From the human T2T-CHM13v2.0 reference genome, Homo sapiens: a stretch of 64,000 bases of DNA. Location of the stretch: the NCBI RefSeq assembly GCF_009914755.1, contig NC_060928.1; one strand, written 5' to 3'. This document shows, piece after piece, positions 26,970-47,169 of the stretch. Numbering within the stretch: position 1 is the first letter of the stretch; each line of letters starts with the position of its first letter. A program made the position numbers and the translations under genes. The notes beneath the pieces were generated by a model. It was not told the origin of the DNA and ran no database searches. It was given only the letters and a program-made list of their open reading frames with translations.

Positions 26970-27170
26970 TGATAGACCACGCACCAGGCCTCAAATCAGA
27001 AGCCTGGTGTTCCACTCCCAGCTTTATTTCTTAATGGGTGCCTGACTTTAGTCAAGTTATATTCTTTTCAGAATACCAGCTCCTTGTCATGATTAAAAGG
27101 TATGTAACAACAATACCTTCTCTAATAATATCTAGTAATAACTCTCTAAGTTATTATGAAGTAAAATGAA
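26970..27170 (+). mobile_element. MIR
   Basis: aaatcagaagcctggtgttccactcccagct...gtgcctgactttagtcaagttat. Confidence 0.55.
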
Positions 27171-27519
27171 AATTCATAAATTATTTAAATAATTTCATGC
27201 CACAGGGAAAACAAAGGACAGTTCATTTGTTCACTTTACAAAGCTAGGATAATCTGATAATTGTATGTTCACTTATAAATGTGGATGGAAAAAGTCTGAC
27301 TAAAACATTAGTTTATTGAATGTAGCATTGTATAAAATGAATGGCACACCGTGACTAGGAGGGCTTATTTTTGTAAGTAAAGCTATTTTGATATAAGAAA
27401 ATCTACAAGTTAATAATTCTTCAAATTAAACTAAAAGAGGAAAAAGAGTAATAGGATTAAATCATTAGATGCTATAATATAATTTTGTAAAATTAAATAG
27501 CCATTCTTTTTTTAAAAAA

Positions 27520-28717
<1,198 letters not shown>

Positions 28718-28720
28718 AGA

Positions 28721-29033
28721 TTTTTTATTTTTATTTTTGTTTTTTTGACGCAGGGTCTTACTCCATTGCCCAGGCTGGAGTGCCAGTGATGTGATCTCAA
28801 TTTACTGCAATCTTCCCTTCCCGGGCTCAAACGATCATCCCACCTTAGCCTCCCTAGTAGCTAGGACTACAGGTGCGTGCCACCGCATCCAGCTAATTTT
28901 TGTATTTATTTTTTGATAGAGATGGAGTTTTGCCATGTTGCCCAGGCTGGTCTTGAACGCCTGGGCTCAAGGGATCCTCCTGCCTCAGCCTCCCAAAGTG
29001 CTGAGATTACAGACATGAGCCACCACACCTGAC
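28721..29033 (-). mobile_element. AluJ
   Basis: cctgggctcaagggatcctcc diagnostic. Confidence 0.92.
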
Positions 29034-29072
29034 AAAATTCGTAGGAATAATTTGATAAGATTCATAACCCCT

Positions 29073-29418
29073 GGCCAGGTACCGTGGCTCACACCTGTAA
29101 TCCCAGCACTTTGGGAGGCTGAGGCGGGTGGATCACCTGAGGTCAGGAGTTCAAGACCAGCCTGGCCAACATGGTGAAACCCCGCCTCTACTAAAAATGC
29201 AAAATATTAGCCAGGCGTGGTGGCAGGCGCCTGTAATCCCGGCTACTCAGGAGGCTGAGGCAGGAGAATTGCTTGAACCTTGGGAGGAGGAGGTTGCAGT
29301 GAACCAAGATCACACCATTGAATTCCAGCCTGGGCAACAAGAGCGAAACTCTGTCTCAAAAAAAAAAAAAAAAAAAAGAAAAGAAAAAAAAGAAAAAGAA
29401 AAAGTTAAAAAAAAAAAA
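29073..29418 (+). mobile_element. AluS (Sq/Sx-like) with long A-rich tail
   Basis: Full dimer; degenerate TSD aagattcataaccc/aagatttgtaccc. Confidence 0.94.
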
Positions 29419-29419
29419 G

Positions 29420-29640
29420 ATTTGTACCCTTCTAAAAAAACCTTTAAAAATCATATTGGATAAATGGAGAAATGTATAATCATTGACATGAATCACTCAA
29501 AACTGTAAAATTTTCCGTTTTTTCAAAATCAGTAAATACATATTTGCAGTTACATTGAAAATCTTAATGGAAATCTTAAAATAGTTGAGAAAATTATGCA
29601 AAAGAGGAATAAGAAATACCTTACTGGATAAAAGTAACTT
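29420..29640 (+). mobile_element. Old L1M ORF2 fragment
   Basis: taaatggagaaatgtata...caaaatcagtaaatacatatttgcagttacattgaaaatc. Confidence 0.5.
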
Positions 29641-29643
29641 TAG

Positions 29644-29966
<323 letters not shown>

Positions 29967-30077
29967 CTAAATGTCCAGATCTTCACATCCCAAGTATTTC
30001 TCTTCAGACTCAAATGATCAATGTCAAAAAAAAAATCACATTAGACAATGAGAACAATTTATGAAACTTAAATTAAA

Positions 30078-30127
30078 AAGCCCCTTGGTTGTGAAGTGAT
30101 GTGATCCAAGCCCCTTGGATGTGAAGT
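30078..30127 (+). repeat. 20-bp direct repeat, period 30
   Basis: aagccccttgg(t/a)tgtgaagt at 30078 and 30108. Confidence 0.9.
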
Positions 30128-31409
30128 TAGCCTCCACAGGGAAGAAACTTAGGACCTATGAAATTCTTAAAGGACACACCAGTCTCACAGCTTGTGATGC
30201 TGTGATGTAAGGAGACTCACATCTCCCGAATTAAAACTCAGCTCTCGTTCCACTGCCCCCACGCTACCTCACAATACAGGCAAAAGAGGCTAAGCTTATT
30301 CCAAATGGAAATGTTTTTTTCACCTATGAATTTATTTACAGGCTATTGTAATGAACCGTAAGTATCACACAGCCCTGAAAATGTTCTGCTGTTTTAAACT
30401 CTTAGTTTTCAAGATAGAGTAAACAGAAATTTTCATAGGCTTGTAATGACCACATCCTGCAAGACCTGGCATGACTCTTAAAGTCAAACTGATGTCAACT
30501 TCTACCCATTCCATTTTACATTTTACTGCCATCCAAGCAAAAATTAGGAACAGTTTGCAGTCCAGTGTGAACTAGAAGCCTCCTGGTCCAATGCCACTGT
30601 TCCCTAGGTGTCTGACGGAAGGCAAGTTATTTAGGAGAGGCAAGCTGGTGGAATGGACAAAGCACACACTTAGGAATTAGGGAGCAGCTGTAGCTTATGA
30701 CTTTGTGTGTCTCTGTTTGCAAGGCTTAGAAGTGTGTAGATAATGATCACAAGCACTTTCTGTTGTTTGCAACCTGTGAACAAATGCCAGCAACTGACTG
30801 ACTGGCTGAGCTGGATGGGTCCCCCAGAGGATGAGTCGCTGGCAGCTGTTCCTGGTGTATCTTCATGCATAGTTACTTGTGATAGAAGAAATAAAATTGG
30901 AGCAAGAGAACAACTTGGCTTCATTCCTTTGGTGCTGGGAAAGGGTTGTGTCTTGAACTCATCTGTCTGTATCCTGTTAAGAGTAGCTCAGATGTAAATT
31001 TCAAATTAAATAAGAACGTCTAAGAGAATGCATTATGAACTCAGTGCTCAATGAACAAAATAAAAATTATTGCAGTCAACGGAGTTAATTTTACTCTGGG
31101 GATGAGTTTATATTTTTTTCTCTTTAAGCATGCTTGGAATTCAGTCCTGGGAGTCAAATATTGACATTTACAAGATGACTTCTTATACTATATGTCAATG
31201 AGAATGAGTGACTCTAACTGCACACGACAGTTGGAACAAATCTCGTAAAGATAATGTTTAGCCAAAGAAGCCAGACGCAAAAGAGTACATTCTGTGATTC
31301 TATTTACATAACATCCCAAAACAGGCAAAACTCATCAATGGTGTGAGAAGTCAGGAAAATGATTGCCCACGGGGTCAGGAGTGACACAGGAAGGAACAGG
31401 GAGAGCTAG

Positions 31410-31757
<348 letters not shown>

Positions 31758-31772
31758 TGATCGAGGTGCTGA

Positions 31773-32107
<335 letters not shown>

Positions 32108-33251
32108 GCATGTTCAGTTTTTAAAAATCTCATCAGCCTGTACACTTTTGGTGAGTATACTTTTCTTATGTATGTCAATAAAAAGTAAAAACAAAAAAAA
32201 TCAATTTATTGTGCCCTTCGTACCTTCTGTTCCTTTAATTGGCATCAAGTGTCCCTGGTAGATGGCAAACATTCTTCCTCCTCCATCCCACTTCCATCCT
32301 ATGGGTAAACCTTTAATAAGGGCTATAATTGATTAATATTAAACTGGAGACCTTGACTGCTTAGAGAGAGTTCATTTATTATAGTCTTTTCTACCTAATA
32401 TTTACTGAGGGACAGCCTGATAGAACAGGTGCAGAGAGTTTGAAATAAATGTTAGGCATTAGGAAAATAAGGCCCATTAACCCCACACAGTGAAGGGTGG
32501 TGTAATTATAAGTAAAAAGTCGACTTTCACCCTCTTCACAAATTTGTGGAGGCCTGGTCATCTAACCAGGCGTTTAATCTCTGTCGTGGGTAGTTTGTTC
32601 GTTTATTCTGTTTAGAGGCAGAACATTGATTGGGAAACCTCTGGAGATCTTTTCTGGCCTTTTGGTTTCAGATAATTAAGTCTATTAGGGGTGATACATA
32701 TGAATAGCCAAGCCATACAACTTTTCAAGCATGGTTAGGAGATGGGACAATGTTCTCAAACAAGTAAGACCTTCAGCCTCCTGGGGCTGCTAGTGAGACC
32801 ACTGCTGCTTGTTCTTCAGGAGCAGGGACAAAGCAGAGATTACACGGGGATGAACGAAGATGCAATCTGCATGGTTGGCCCCTCAGAACATCTTCAGGCT
32901 CGGTGGCGTCTTTTCAGTTCCTGTCCCCCCACCTTCCTCCTGAGGCCACCCCCGCTGCTCATGGCCACACAAATCTCTTATTTCACCCCCATTTCTGTTG
33001 TGATCTCCTAGTACCCACTCCCTGGACCAAACCATCTCTTGCCACTGCATTTCATTCCCAGGTGCCATTTTGGACCACTTCTCTCTTTGAGGGATGGCAT
33101 CCACCATTTAGCACTTCCCTTACGTTACCGTGTCTCCTTTCTCCAAGAAGACTCTATCTCAGATTACCTTGAAAAGTTTCCTAACTAGCGATCTTACTGC
33201 CTCTTTTCCATGGATCACTGACTCTTAGCTGGCCTTAAAAGGACAAAGAAA

Positions 33252-33557
33252 GGCCAGGCGCAGTGGCTCATGCCTGTAATTCCATCCCTTTGGGAGGCGG
33301 AGGAGGGCAGATTACTTGAGGTCAGGAGTTTGCCACCAGCCCGGCCAACATGGCGAAACCCCCTCTCTACTAAAATACAAAAATTAAACGGGCGTGGTGG
33401 CATACATCTGTAATCCCAGCTACTTGGGAGGCTGAGGCATGAGAATTGCTTGAACCAGGTGGAGGTTGCAGTGAGCCGAGATTGCACCACTACACTCCAG
33501 CCTGGGCGACAGAGTGAGACCCTGTCTCAAAAAAAAAAGAAAGAAAGAAAGAAAAGA
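33252..33557 (+). mobile_element. AluS
   Basis: Dimer with (GAAA)n tail. Confidence 0.93.
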
Positions 33558-33589
33558 ATACATTTTCTCATTAAAAAAAAAGTGCTAGT

Positions 33590-34180
33590 CTTTCTTTAGC
33601 ATGCCTCAGTTCAAATGTTACTTCCTTCTAGAACACTCTCTAACCTCCCTTTCTAAAGTGAGTTCATCATTTTCATCATATCACCTTTGTTTCTTTTCCT
33701 AATTACTACTGAAATGATCTTATTTGTTTACGTTTGCTGTCTAATTCTCTACTTCCTCACGAATGTCATCTCTGTGAAGAAAGCCTTACCTATCTTATTC
33801 ACTGTAATATGCTAATGTGAACAGGACTTTGCACCATGATAGGACTCAATTAATGTTCCTTTTTTTTTGAGACAAGGTTTTGCTCTGTCACCCAGGCTGC
33901 ACGGCCAGTGGCACAATTGCAGTTGCCACTCACTGCAACCTCAAACTCCTAGACTCCAGCAAGCCTCCCATCTTAGCCTCCAAGTAGCTGGGACCACAGG
34001 CATGAACCACCACACCCAGCCAATTTTTTATTTTTTATAGAGATGGAGTCTTGCTATGTTTCCCAGACTGGCCTTAAACTCCTGGCCTCAAGTGATCCTC
34101 CCACCTCAGCCTCCCAAAGTTGGAGTTACAGGTGTGAGCTACTGTGCCTGGCCAATGTTCTTTAAATGAGCAAATGAGTC
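33590..34180 (+). mobile_element. L2 3' end (AluJ inserted)
   Basis: cctcagttcaaatgttacttccttc...gataggactcaattaatgttc. Confidence 0.65.
33859..34153 (-). mobile_element. AluJ
   Basis: ctcctggcctcaagtgatcctccc; TSD aatgttc. Confidence 0.92.
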
Positions 34181-35187
34181 ATTAAATACACTCTAAAGGT
34201 TGAAGAAAGTTTGAGTGACTCCCACTTGGGGTATAGTATATGAAAGTTAAAATAGCCTTAATTAGTGAGATAAATTCTTAGACAAGTGATTTTCTTGCAA
34301 AACCCAACTGGCCATAAACCACAGAACACCCACTTGGATTAGTTACACTGTGATGCTGATGTGAACTTTCTTGGGATCGTTGTCAATAACTGGCCTGTGA
34401 TGGAGGGAGATGGTACTTCCAAAGTCCAGCTTCTGGTTCCTCACTCTGGAGAGAAGTGTGGCTTTTAGCTAGCCGAGTTGGGAAGGCCTGCAAGGTTAAT
34501 CCTGAGTTAAGCTTTAGAATCTGACTCCCCAGGGAGACCTAGGAAAAGCTAAGATTTTACATTAATATGTAACCAAAACTTAAACTCATATTTCAGCAAC
34601 AAAGAATAGTAAATAATGTATTGCTTCATGAAGATTTGCTTAGTTTATTTACTTACATTATTTATAAGTTATGTTGGGAATAGACTTGGCCTGCTCCGCT
34701 TTGTTCACAGTAACATTCCATAAATATAACAGCAAGCAATAAAATAGCATTGATTCCAAAGTGAACTCATAGCTTCCTATAACATCAAACATAAAAGCTG
34801 TGTTACAATGATAAATACTAAATCTTTAAAATATCTTTAAAATGTCATTGGCTTTTTACTACTATTACTTATGCAGTATGTATTTCAGATTTTCATATTC
34901 AGCATTGTACTTTTTTGCATGTGAATTATGTCCTGAAGCTTTTGGTGCCATCTATATAAAACAGACGTTTTGAACTTTTGGATGAGTGGCAGAAGAACTT
35001 GATTCTGATTCAAAACGTCATTCTAAGTTGTCTACACAATTTCAAGAAGAGAATAAATGGCAAAAAAAAAACAAAACAAAACTTGGCCTTTTTTTTTTCT
35101 ATGAGTGAGAAGTTCAAGCAATCCAGGCAAAAAAGTGGGAGCTGAACAGAAAAGTCTTCTATTCTTCCTGCGATAAGAAGCATCCTT

Positions 35188-35840
<653 letters not shown>

Positions 35841-35924
35841 CTAGAGTTTTCTTGAGGTTCTGAGGTCTCTCCATGGCTTCATATTGGTCTGATGGAATCC
35901 AATACAGGGGTTACTTTGCAGTGA

Positions 35925-36190
35925 ATGAGACATAGGTATGGAGTAATGTTAAGGTCTGGATCTTGGAATTAGGTAGATCTGGGCTCAAGCGCTGGCTCTG
36001 CTTGTTAATATAAGTTGTGTGTCCTTGGGCCATTGACTTAACCATTTGTGCCGCAATTTTCTTGTCTGTAAAACAGAGACACAAATGTAGGTATTAGGTA
36101 TAATACGTTATACCTAAAAACGTAGTGAGGATCCAGTAAGATAATATTTATCGAGCGCAATCTCTGACACCTACTGAGGGCCTGTAAATG
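35925..36190 (+). mobile_element. MIR
   Basis: gatctgggctcaagcgctggctctgc...ttgtgtgtccttgggc...ttttcttgtctgtaaaa. Confidence 0.8.
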
Positions 36191-37168
36191 GGCTGATACA
36201 GAGGAGGTAAAGGAATCCTGGCTGTGTAACTAAAACAAGATTTGCAAATTATCTGACATTTATGATGGAAATAGCTTATTTGAAATGGTCATAATTATAC
36301 CTTGAAACCTCACCCTAACACTATTTAGTATAAGGCATGTCTGTCTTGGACCGTTTTCAAGGAAATATTGTTAAACTGGTTTAACAAAAAGACCTTATCA
36401 TAAAGCGGATTTATGCATGTCTGTTTCTATGGCAAATGCTTGAGAGCAGTGTGAATATATTTTAAAAACACAATCTGTGATCTAGGTGAGTCTGAGCGTT
36501 GGATGATTCTCTCTCTCTTTTTTTCCACTATGAAGGCACAGCTGTGTTTTCAGTGTAGCTGTAGACTGGAACAGGGATGAGATGGGGGGGATGCAAGCCC
36601 AGGGAGGGGTGGAAAGTGAGGAGGGCTGCACGTGGCTCCAAAATGGAACCAGTTAAAGCAAGCCTCACTTTATGGGCCACCACTCTCCACCCTGCACATC
36701 AGGTAGGTCTGTTTTTGACAGGCAGATTGGAAAGCAGTCACTCAGACCGTTAGATCCCCCTTGTGAGGTGACCTAAATTACAGCCTCAGTGTGCTGAGAC
36801 ACAGGGGATTTGTTACAAAATTATTTTCTATCTCTTATGACATCCTCAAGACTTATTTAATCCTCTCTCAAAGTTTCAAGAATACATAAGAATTATGGTA
36901 TCTTGTTGGGGAGGATCTCTTTTTTAAAATTTAACCTTTTAATTTGAATTTTTTCAGCCCTACTGAAAAGTTGCAAGAGTGATAAAATCAGTTGTCTTTA
37001 CCTAGATTGATCCATTGTTAGTATTTTGCCACATTTGCTCTATAGATGCATGTCTATGATATGATACATGATATGTAACAAATTCTATTTTTTGCAGAAC
37101 CCTTTGAGAATAAATTGCAGAGATCATAATGGTGTCAGCAAATATTTTCTAATAATATTAAGTGCCTT

Positions 37169-37463
<295 letters not shown>

Positions 37464-37473
37464 AGAATATTAA

Positions 37474-38245
<772 letters not shown>

Positions 38246-40224
38246 CCAGGATCATACATTCTTTAGTCTCCTTTAATCTGCAACCATTCCTTGGTCTTTC
38301 TTTTTTAGTATTTCATGAGATTGACAGTTTTGTAGAGTACAAGCCCCTGATGTTCCCCCAATTTTGGTTTGTCTGATTGTTTTCTTATGATTCGTTTCAA
38401 GTTATGCATTCTTGCCAGGAATACCACGGAAAAGATGTGTCCTTCTCAGTGCCACTTTGGAGGGAATACGCAATGTCAGTTCGAAAATGTTCATGGGCAT
38501 TAGAATATATCTTTCATTGTTTTCCTTCTTATTTGTTAAAATGAAGACTACAGAGAATTTCTTACTTGGAAATTCTCCTTGAAAATCTTACTACATGAAA
38601 CAATAGAGCCCTAAAACCTGCCATGTTTTTTGGAAAATGATCATAGATTCTAGATTCATCTTTCTAGTCTTTATCACAAAATACAATGGTGCTGATGTGC
38701 TTGAATGTTTCAATATCTCAGGTACTTCTCTAAGAGTCTTTGTTATCAGGAGAATTCAATTGTGTTGGATATCTGAGGGGGCTAATTAATGACCCTTCCT
38801 CTTCTACAGGCTCTTGACCAATTGAGATGCTGATCAGCTTTATTAGTAGCAATGCTGGAGAATGTGGCTAAGCCTTCTGCCTCCCCCTCCAAAACACAAC
38901 CTTCCTTACCCTCCCATTCCTGACCTAACCATTCTCAGCCCATCTTGTAAAGGTGAAGACCTGACCAGGCCTGCCCGAAGAAGGCCCGATTTGACTGTTT
39001 ATTAGCTGGGAGAGGTAAACAGTTATTCATCTCGTTGGGCACATGCAGATTTGTGAAGCTGAGCTGAGTGCAAATGTGAAGGAGTGAACCAAAGCTGGTC
39101 TCTGCTTCCTGGAGGAGGTCCTGCCTCCCGGATAACATGGCCTGTGCCTGCCCTGCCCTTTCCCATCTCTCTGTCACATGGAATGAGCCAGTGACAGAGG
39201 AGAGAGAGAAAGTACAGGTGTTCTCAATTCTCTCACCTAGCAGACAGGAGATAGTGTCTTCTCTGTGGTTTAGGTTAAGAACATGGGGGTGGAAGGAAAA
39301 GTGCTCTTCCTATGACATTGCCCACATTTATTTCTTGGGACACACCAAGTGGGAAGGAAAATAAGAAGTCTATTTGCAAAGTGAGGTCATCTTTCTGTTG
39401 AATGCTGCAAATTACCAGGGATGTTAACTTCCCTTTTTAACTATGGAAAAACCATTGAAGAGAGAAACATTTGTCACTTTGCCAACCTCGTTAGACAGTT
39501 ACTGAGACAGTCTCTCCTGCACTGTTTTTTGTCTTTTTTAAAACATAGATTTTTAAAGTTACAAATTTTACAAAAAAATGATTTTCAGCTTTTTCCTCTG
39601 CTGCTCTGAGGCACCAAAGTTAACTGTTTCTTGCCCTCTGCCATTTTAACAAATCTATTCCCAAGTATCTGTGCCTCAAGCATTCATCTTTCAAACACAT
39701 CATGATCGCCTGGAGCCTCTTCACCCTTCCATCCCTCCTTTCCTCCTTGGTCCCAGTCTTTTGATATTCCAGCAAGGTCCTCTCAGCCAGGTTGTGAAGA
39801 GAGGTTAGCACTACATGAGGGGAAGATTTTAGGCATATGTGGATGTACATTTGTGTGCCTGTAATTTCAAAGTCCAATATAATGATTTAAGAATTCCTCA
39901 TTTAGTCAATAAATCAATCGCATTTATTATTCATTTATTGTGTGCCAAGGTTGACACAAAGAAGTACAAAGAAGGGTTCACTGAATTTAGAAACCTTGAA
40001 AGAGTTTAGCTGGGTAGGCAAAATGAATAAAACCATTTGAAAATAACTTCTGAACTGTGTGGCCTTGACTGTGGCTACTGAGGTAGTCCAGAGAGTGGAA
40101 AGATGAATGTGGACTGGAGTATCTGGGGAGAGCTTCGTGGAGGAGGCAGCATTTGGACTGGGCTTTGAAGGACAGGTGGTGTTCAGCAGGTGCTGGAGAG
40201 GGCCGGTGTCCTAGGCACGGCTAT

Positions 40225-41010
<786 letters not shown>

Positions 41011-41867
41011 AAAGCTATTCCTTTCTTTCCCATACATAGAAGTTGAGGAGAGAGGGGTTCCACGGGAAAAAAAATCAGGTCATCCCTGTGAGCTCCAGAC
41101 TTTTCTTTGCATGTCTAAAGGAACAGCTATTAAAGGGATGTGGCTCAGAGCTGGGCCTCTTTCTTATTTTCTGCAGGCCTCAAGACGTACAATTTGGAAG
41201 TATGAAATGAAGGAAAGAAAGTAAGCAGTGTTCTGCATATTAATGTGACACGCTGACTCTGTTGAGAGAGCAGCACTTTGAAATGTATGAGCAGTTAGAA
41301 AATGATGTCCCATCACCTTCCCAGGTTTAGATGGTGCAGATGAACTGCATTCCCTCCCTCCACCAGCTTGCCCAGCTCCTCTGCGGTAAGTCCCTCTCTA
41401 CATGGTATCGCTGATGCTGGCAGCTGCACTTGGATGTCTTCTCTAATCTTCCCTCCTCTCCCTCACCCCCTGCTGCTGCCCTAGTCTTAAGCATCCCTGT
41501 CAATGGTGCCGTTGCATATGCAACTGCTCAAGTACCAAACCTCCCTGTCATCCTTGATTCCTCTTGTTTCCATTCTTCACATCTCACTCCCTGGCAAGTC
41601 CTGTGAGTTCTTCCTCCAACATATACTACACCCAACACTGTTGTTCACTGTCAGTCTCCAGCCAACTCCAGGTCCCCATCTTCTCCGCTCTGGATGCTCC
41701 CAGAGGCTCCAATGGATCTTCCCGCTTCCTCTCTTGTCCCCAAGAATCCATTCTCACAGATCGGCCCGAGGGAGTGCTTTCAGAGATGTAAAGCTGATCA
41801 TGCCACCTTCCTACCGAAATCCCTTTCACATCTTCACATTGCCCCACAACAAAATCTAAACTCCTTC

Positions 41868-42246
41868 TGAGATGGTTTGGATTTGTGTCCCCGCCCAAAT
41901 CTGAGGTTGAATTGTAATCCCCAGTGTTGGAGGAGAGGACTGGTGGGAGGTGATTGGATCACGGAGGTGGATTTTCTCTTTGCTGTTCTCTTGATAGTGA
42001 TTGAGTTCCCATGAGATCTGGTTGTTTAAAAGTTTGTAGCACCTCCCCCTTCGCTCTTTTCCTCCTGCTCCGGCCGTGTAAGATGGGCTAGCTTCCCCTT
42101 CTGCCATGATTGTAAGTCATGATTGTAAGTTTTCTGAGGCCTCACCAGAAGAAGCCTGTACAGCCTGCAGAACCTTGAGCCAATTAAACCTCTTTTCTTT
42201 CTAAGTTATCCAGTCTCAGGTAGTTTTGTATAGCAGTGTGAGAATC
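41868..42246 (+). mobile_element. MSTA (MaLR) solo LTR inserted in L2
   Basis: tgagatggtttggatttgtgtccccgcccaaatc...ccaattaaacctcttttc; 13-bp tandem duplication catgattgtaagt. Confidence 0.9.
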
Positions 42247-42569
42247 CACCTGGGCTGGCTCTTGCCTGCTTCTCCACTTCATCACATATCACACTCCTCC
42301 TCCTTCTCTGCATTGGCCTCATTTTCCTTCTTAGATGATGCAGAGCTCATCCTGCTTCTGGTCTTTTGCGCTTGCTTTTCCTTCTGTCTGGAATGATCTC
42401 CCTCAGAGAATTGCTGACCCCTGTTTATTAGTCAGGTAACCTACTCAAAGAACCTTTCCTAACCACTCTTACAGTGCCTTCCCCTCCACAATCTATCTTC
42501 TCTTACAATAACTAGATTTTATAAGCAGTATTATGGATCATTTTGATTATACATCTACCTCCCTACATC

Positions 42570-43029
42570 AATGAAGTTCCAGTAGAAAACAACCCACTCA
42601 AATGGGACAGTTGAGGAGAGGCTGGTAAAGTGCCTGTTCACAAAGATGTGGGCAGGTAAGGGAACCCATCGAGGGCTGATGATGCTCCTTTTAACAATAA
42701 CAAGAAACTCTTACCACCCTAGGCCTGAACGGGGAGGGGCAGTGAGCAGCTACGTGAGCCTGGAGAGAATAGCTACAGTTTATAAGAGAGCTCACCTGCC
42801 AGGGCTGTGACCTAGCAGGGAGGGTGTGGGGGAATAAACATGCAGACCTCACGCTCCTGCTTCAATCCAGTCTTCTGCTAGTGCTTCTCATTGGCCTTAC
42901 CCAACCAGAGACCAAAGGGCAAGGCTGCCAATGGATATAGTTCATAAAGATCAGTCTCCCAAGACACAGAGTAGGGTTGCAAAGAGTGGAGAGGGGATCT
43001 GGCCAAGCACACAGAAGATATCCAGCACA
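42570..43029 (-). mobile_element. LTR33-like ERVL solo LTR
   Basis: Reverse strand begins TGTGCTGGATATCTTCTG...CCAGATCCCCTCTCCAC. Confidence 0.8.
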
Positions 43030-43091
43030 CGCCTCTACTAGAATGCAAGCTTCACAAGAGGAGCAACAGTCCACAAAGTCTAGGAGAGTTC

Positions 43092-43357
43092 TTGGGAGGC
43101 CGAGGCAGGCAGATCACGAGGTCAGGAGATAGAGACCAGCCTGACCAACATGGTGAAACCCCGTCTCTACTAAAAATACAAAAGATTAGCTAGGCGTGGT
43201 GGCGGGCACCTGTAGTCCCAGCTACTCGGGAGGCTGAGGCAGGAGAATAGCATGAACCCAGGAGGCGGAGCTTGCAGTGAGCCCAGATCACAGATCACAC
43301 CACTGCACTCCAGCCTGGGCGACACAGCAAGACTCCGTCTCAAAAAAAAAAAAAAAA
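43092..43357 (+). mobile_element. 5'-truncated Alu
   Basis: Starts at ttgggaggccgagg; TSD aaagtctaggagagttcttg (43075 / 43358). Confidence 0.94.
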
Positions 43358-43400
43358 AAAGTCTAGGAGAGTTCTTGACACACATAATAACACAATACAG

Positions 43401-44115
<715 letters not shown>

Positions 44116-44265
44116 TTAGCCCAACAGTTATTAGCTATAAAGTTGGGAGAATAAATAGATGTGCCTTCAGTTTACACTGATGGGGTTGGTGAGGTCACAC
44201 AGGGACTTGCTTTGCAAGGTCTGCGCCCTCCCTATCCTGGGCTGTGCTATTAGTGTGCACCTAGG

Positions 44266-44567
44266 GGCTGGGCGTGGTGGCTCACACCTGTAATCCCAGC
44301 ACTTTGGGAGGCTGAGGCGGGTGGATCACCTGAGGTCGGGAGTTCGAGACCAGCCTGACCAACATGGAGAAACCCCGTCTCTACTAAAAATACAAAATTA
44401 GCTAGGCGTGGTGGCACATGCCTGTAATCCCAGCTATTTGGGAGGCTGAGGCAAAAGAATCACTTGAACCTGGGAGCGGAGGTTGTGGTGAGCTGAGATT
44501 GTGCCATTGCACTCCAGCCTGGGCAACAAGAGTGAAACTCTTGTCTCCAAAAAGAAAAAAAAAAAAA
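44266..44567 (+). mobile_element. AluSp
   Basis: gaggtcgggagttcgagaccagcctgaccaacatggagaaaccc; TSD gcacctagg. Confidence 0.95.
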
Positions 44568-44774
44568 GCACCTAGGAGTCTCTCCCTTCCAGCCCTCCTC
44601 CTGGCTGAGGTGTTGCTGTGTACTTAACTACTGAGACTTGCAGAAATATACCTTAGATTGGGGCGTGAGAGGGGATTGATTTGGGATTGAGACCAATTTC
44701 CAAGAAGAGGGGCTGAAGTTTCCCAAAAGATGGGTTGAGATTCATGAGATGGAAGCATGAAGGAGGTACTTTAA

Positions 44775-45096
<322 letters not shown>

Positions 45097-45173
45097 CCCA
45101 GGAAAAATTTAACTTCTCGTATGAACCTCTGGATGGGGCACCTGAAACCTTTTAACAGCCTGTTATGCAATAC

Positions 45174-45816
<643 letters not shown>

Positions 45817-46179
45817 TAAAACCATTTTTATTCATGATGATATGCCAAGGGTCACTGCATGCATACTTTCATTAAGGGATAATAAATATTATATGCAGAT
45901 TTGTTATTAGGAATTCCTCTTGATGCTTCCCAATAGATTTAATGAGAGACTTGTCCTTTTGTTTAAGATCTAATGGAATTTCACCTGGGCAATGTCTAAT
46001 GGAGCTTTGTCACAGACAGAGGCCTAATGGAACCTTTCTTGGGCAAAGAAAGGTTCATTGTGGGCATCTCAGTCTTTGCCTGGGAAAAGGTTAGAAATGA
46101 TGGGCTGGGAAGAGAGGAAAAAGGAGAGAGGAGGGGAAGAGGGAGATGGAACAACCTTTTCAGGAAGGGGAGATAAATT

Positions 46180-46340
46180 TTACATGTCTTCTTTGTGCTA
46201 TTTCATGTATGTATTTTCATTTTTCCTTACAACAATCTTACGATGTTGGCAGTATTATTGTTTCCTTTCTAGAGATTGGTAGACGGAGACCCAAGGGATT
46301 AAGTATGTTGTCCAAATCACATAGCTGAGAAGTTGTGGAA
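46180..46340 (-). mobile_element. MIR
   Basis: ttcatttttccttacaacaatctt...ttaagtatgttgtccaaatcacatagct. Confidence 0.65.
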
Positions 46341-46771
46341 AAGTCCCCTGCCCCTACGCTTATACCTCTCAAATCCTTTTTTCCCACTAGAAAAAATTAG
46401 ATTAGCTATAAAGAATTGGAATGAAAGGGTGCCGGGAACTTGATTGTGACATGGAGGAATTTTCCTTTCCTTCCCCTTTGCCTTGACTTTCCTCTGCTAC
46501 AGTAGACTATTCCCTGAACCAGCTTCCAAAAGAAAATGAAGGACTGATGGGGCCACTGAGCCCAGAAGGTCGGGGAGGAAGGGAGAGACTTCTGGCTGTG
46601 AGTAGCGAAGGGAGCCGGTACCTTTTGGCTTCATACTCTTTCTAATATGAAGAACATGAAATCTGTTTTGGGTTTAAGAAAAATCTTAAGAAAATTTTCT
46701 GCTTTTAAAGAAGGGATAGTGAATTAGGGTGAAAAATATCTTCCTAACCCAATTATGTCAACAATGTTTAG

Positions 46772-47169
<398 letters not shown>

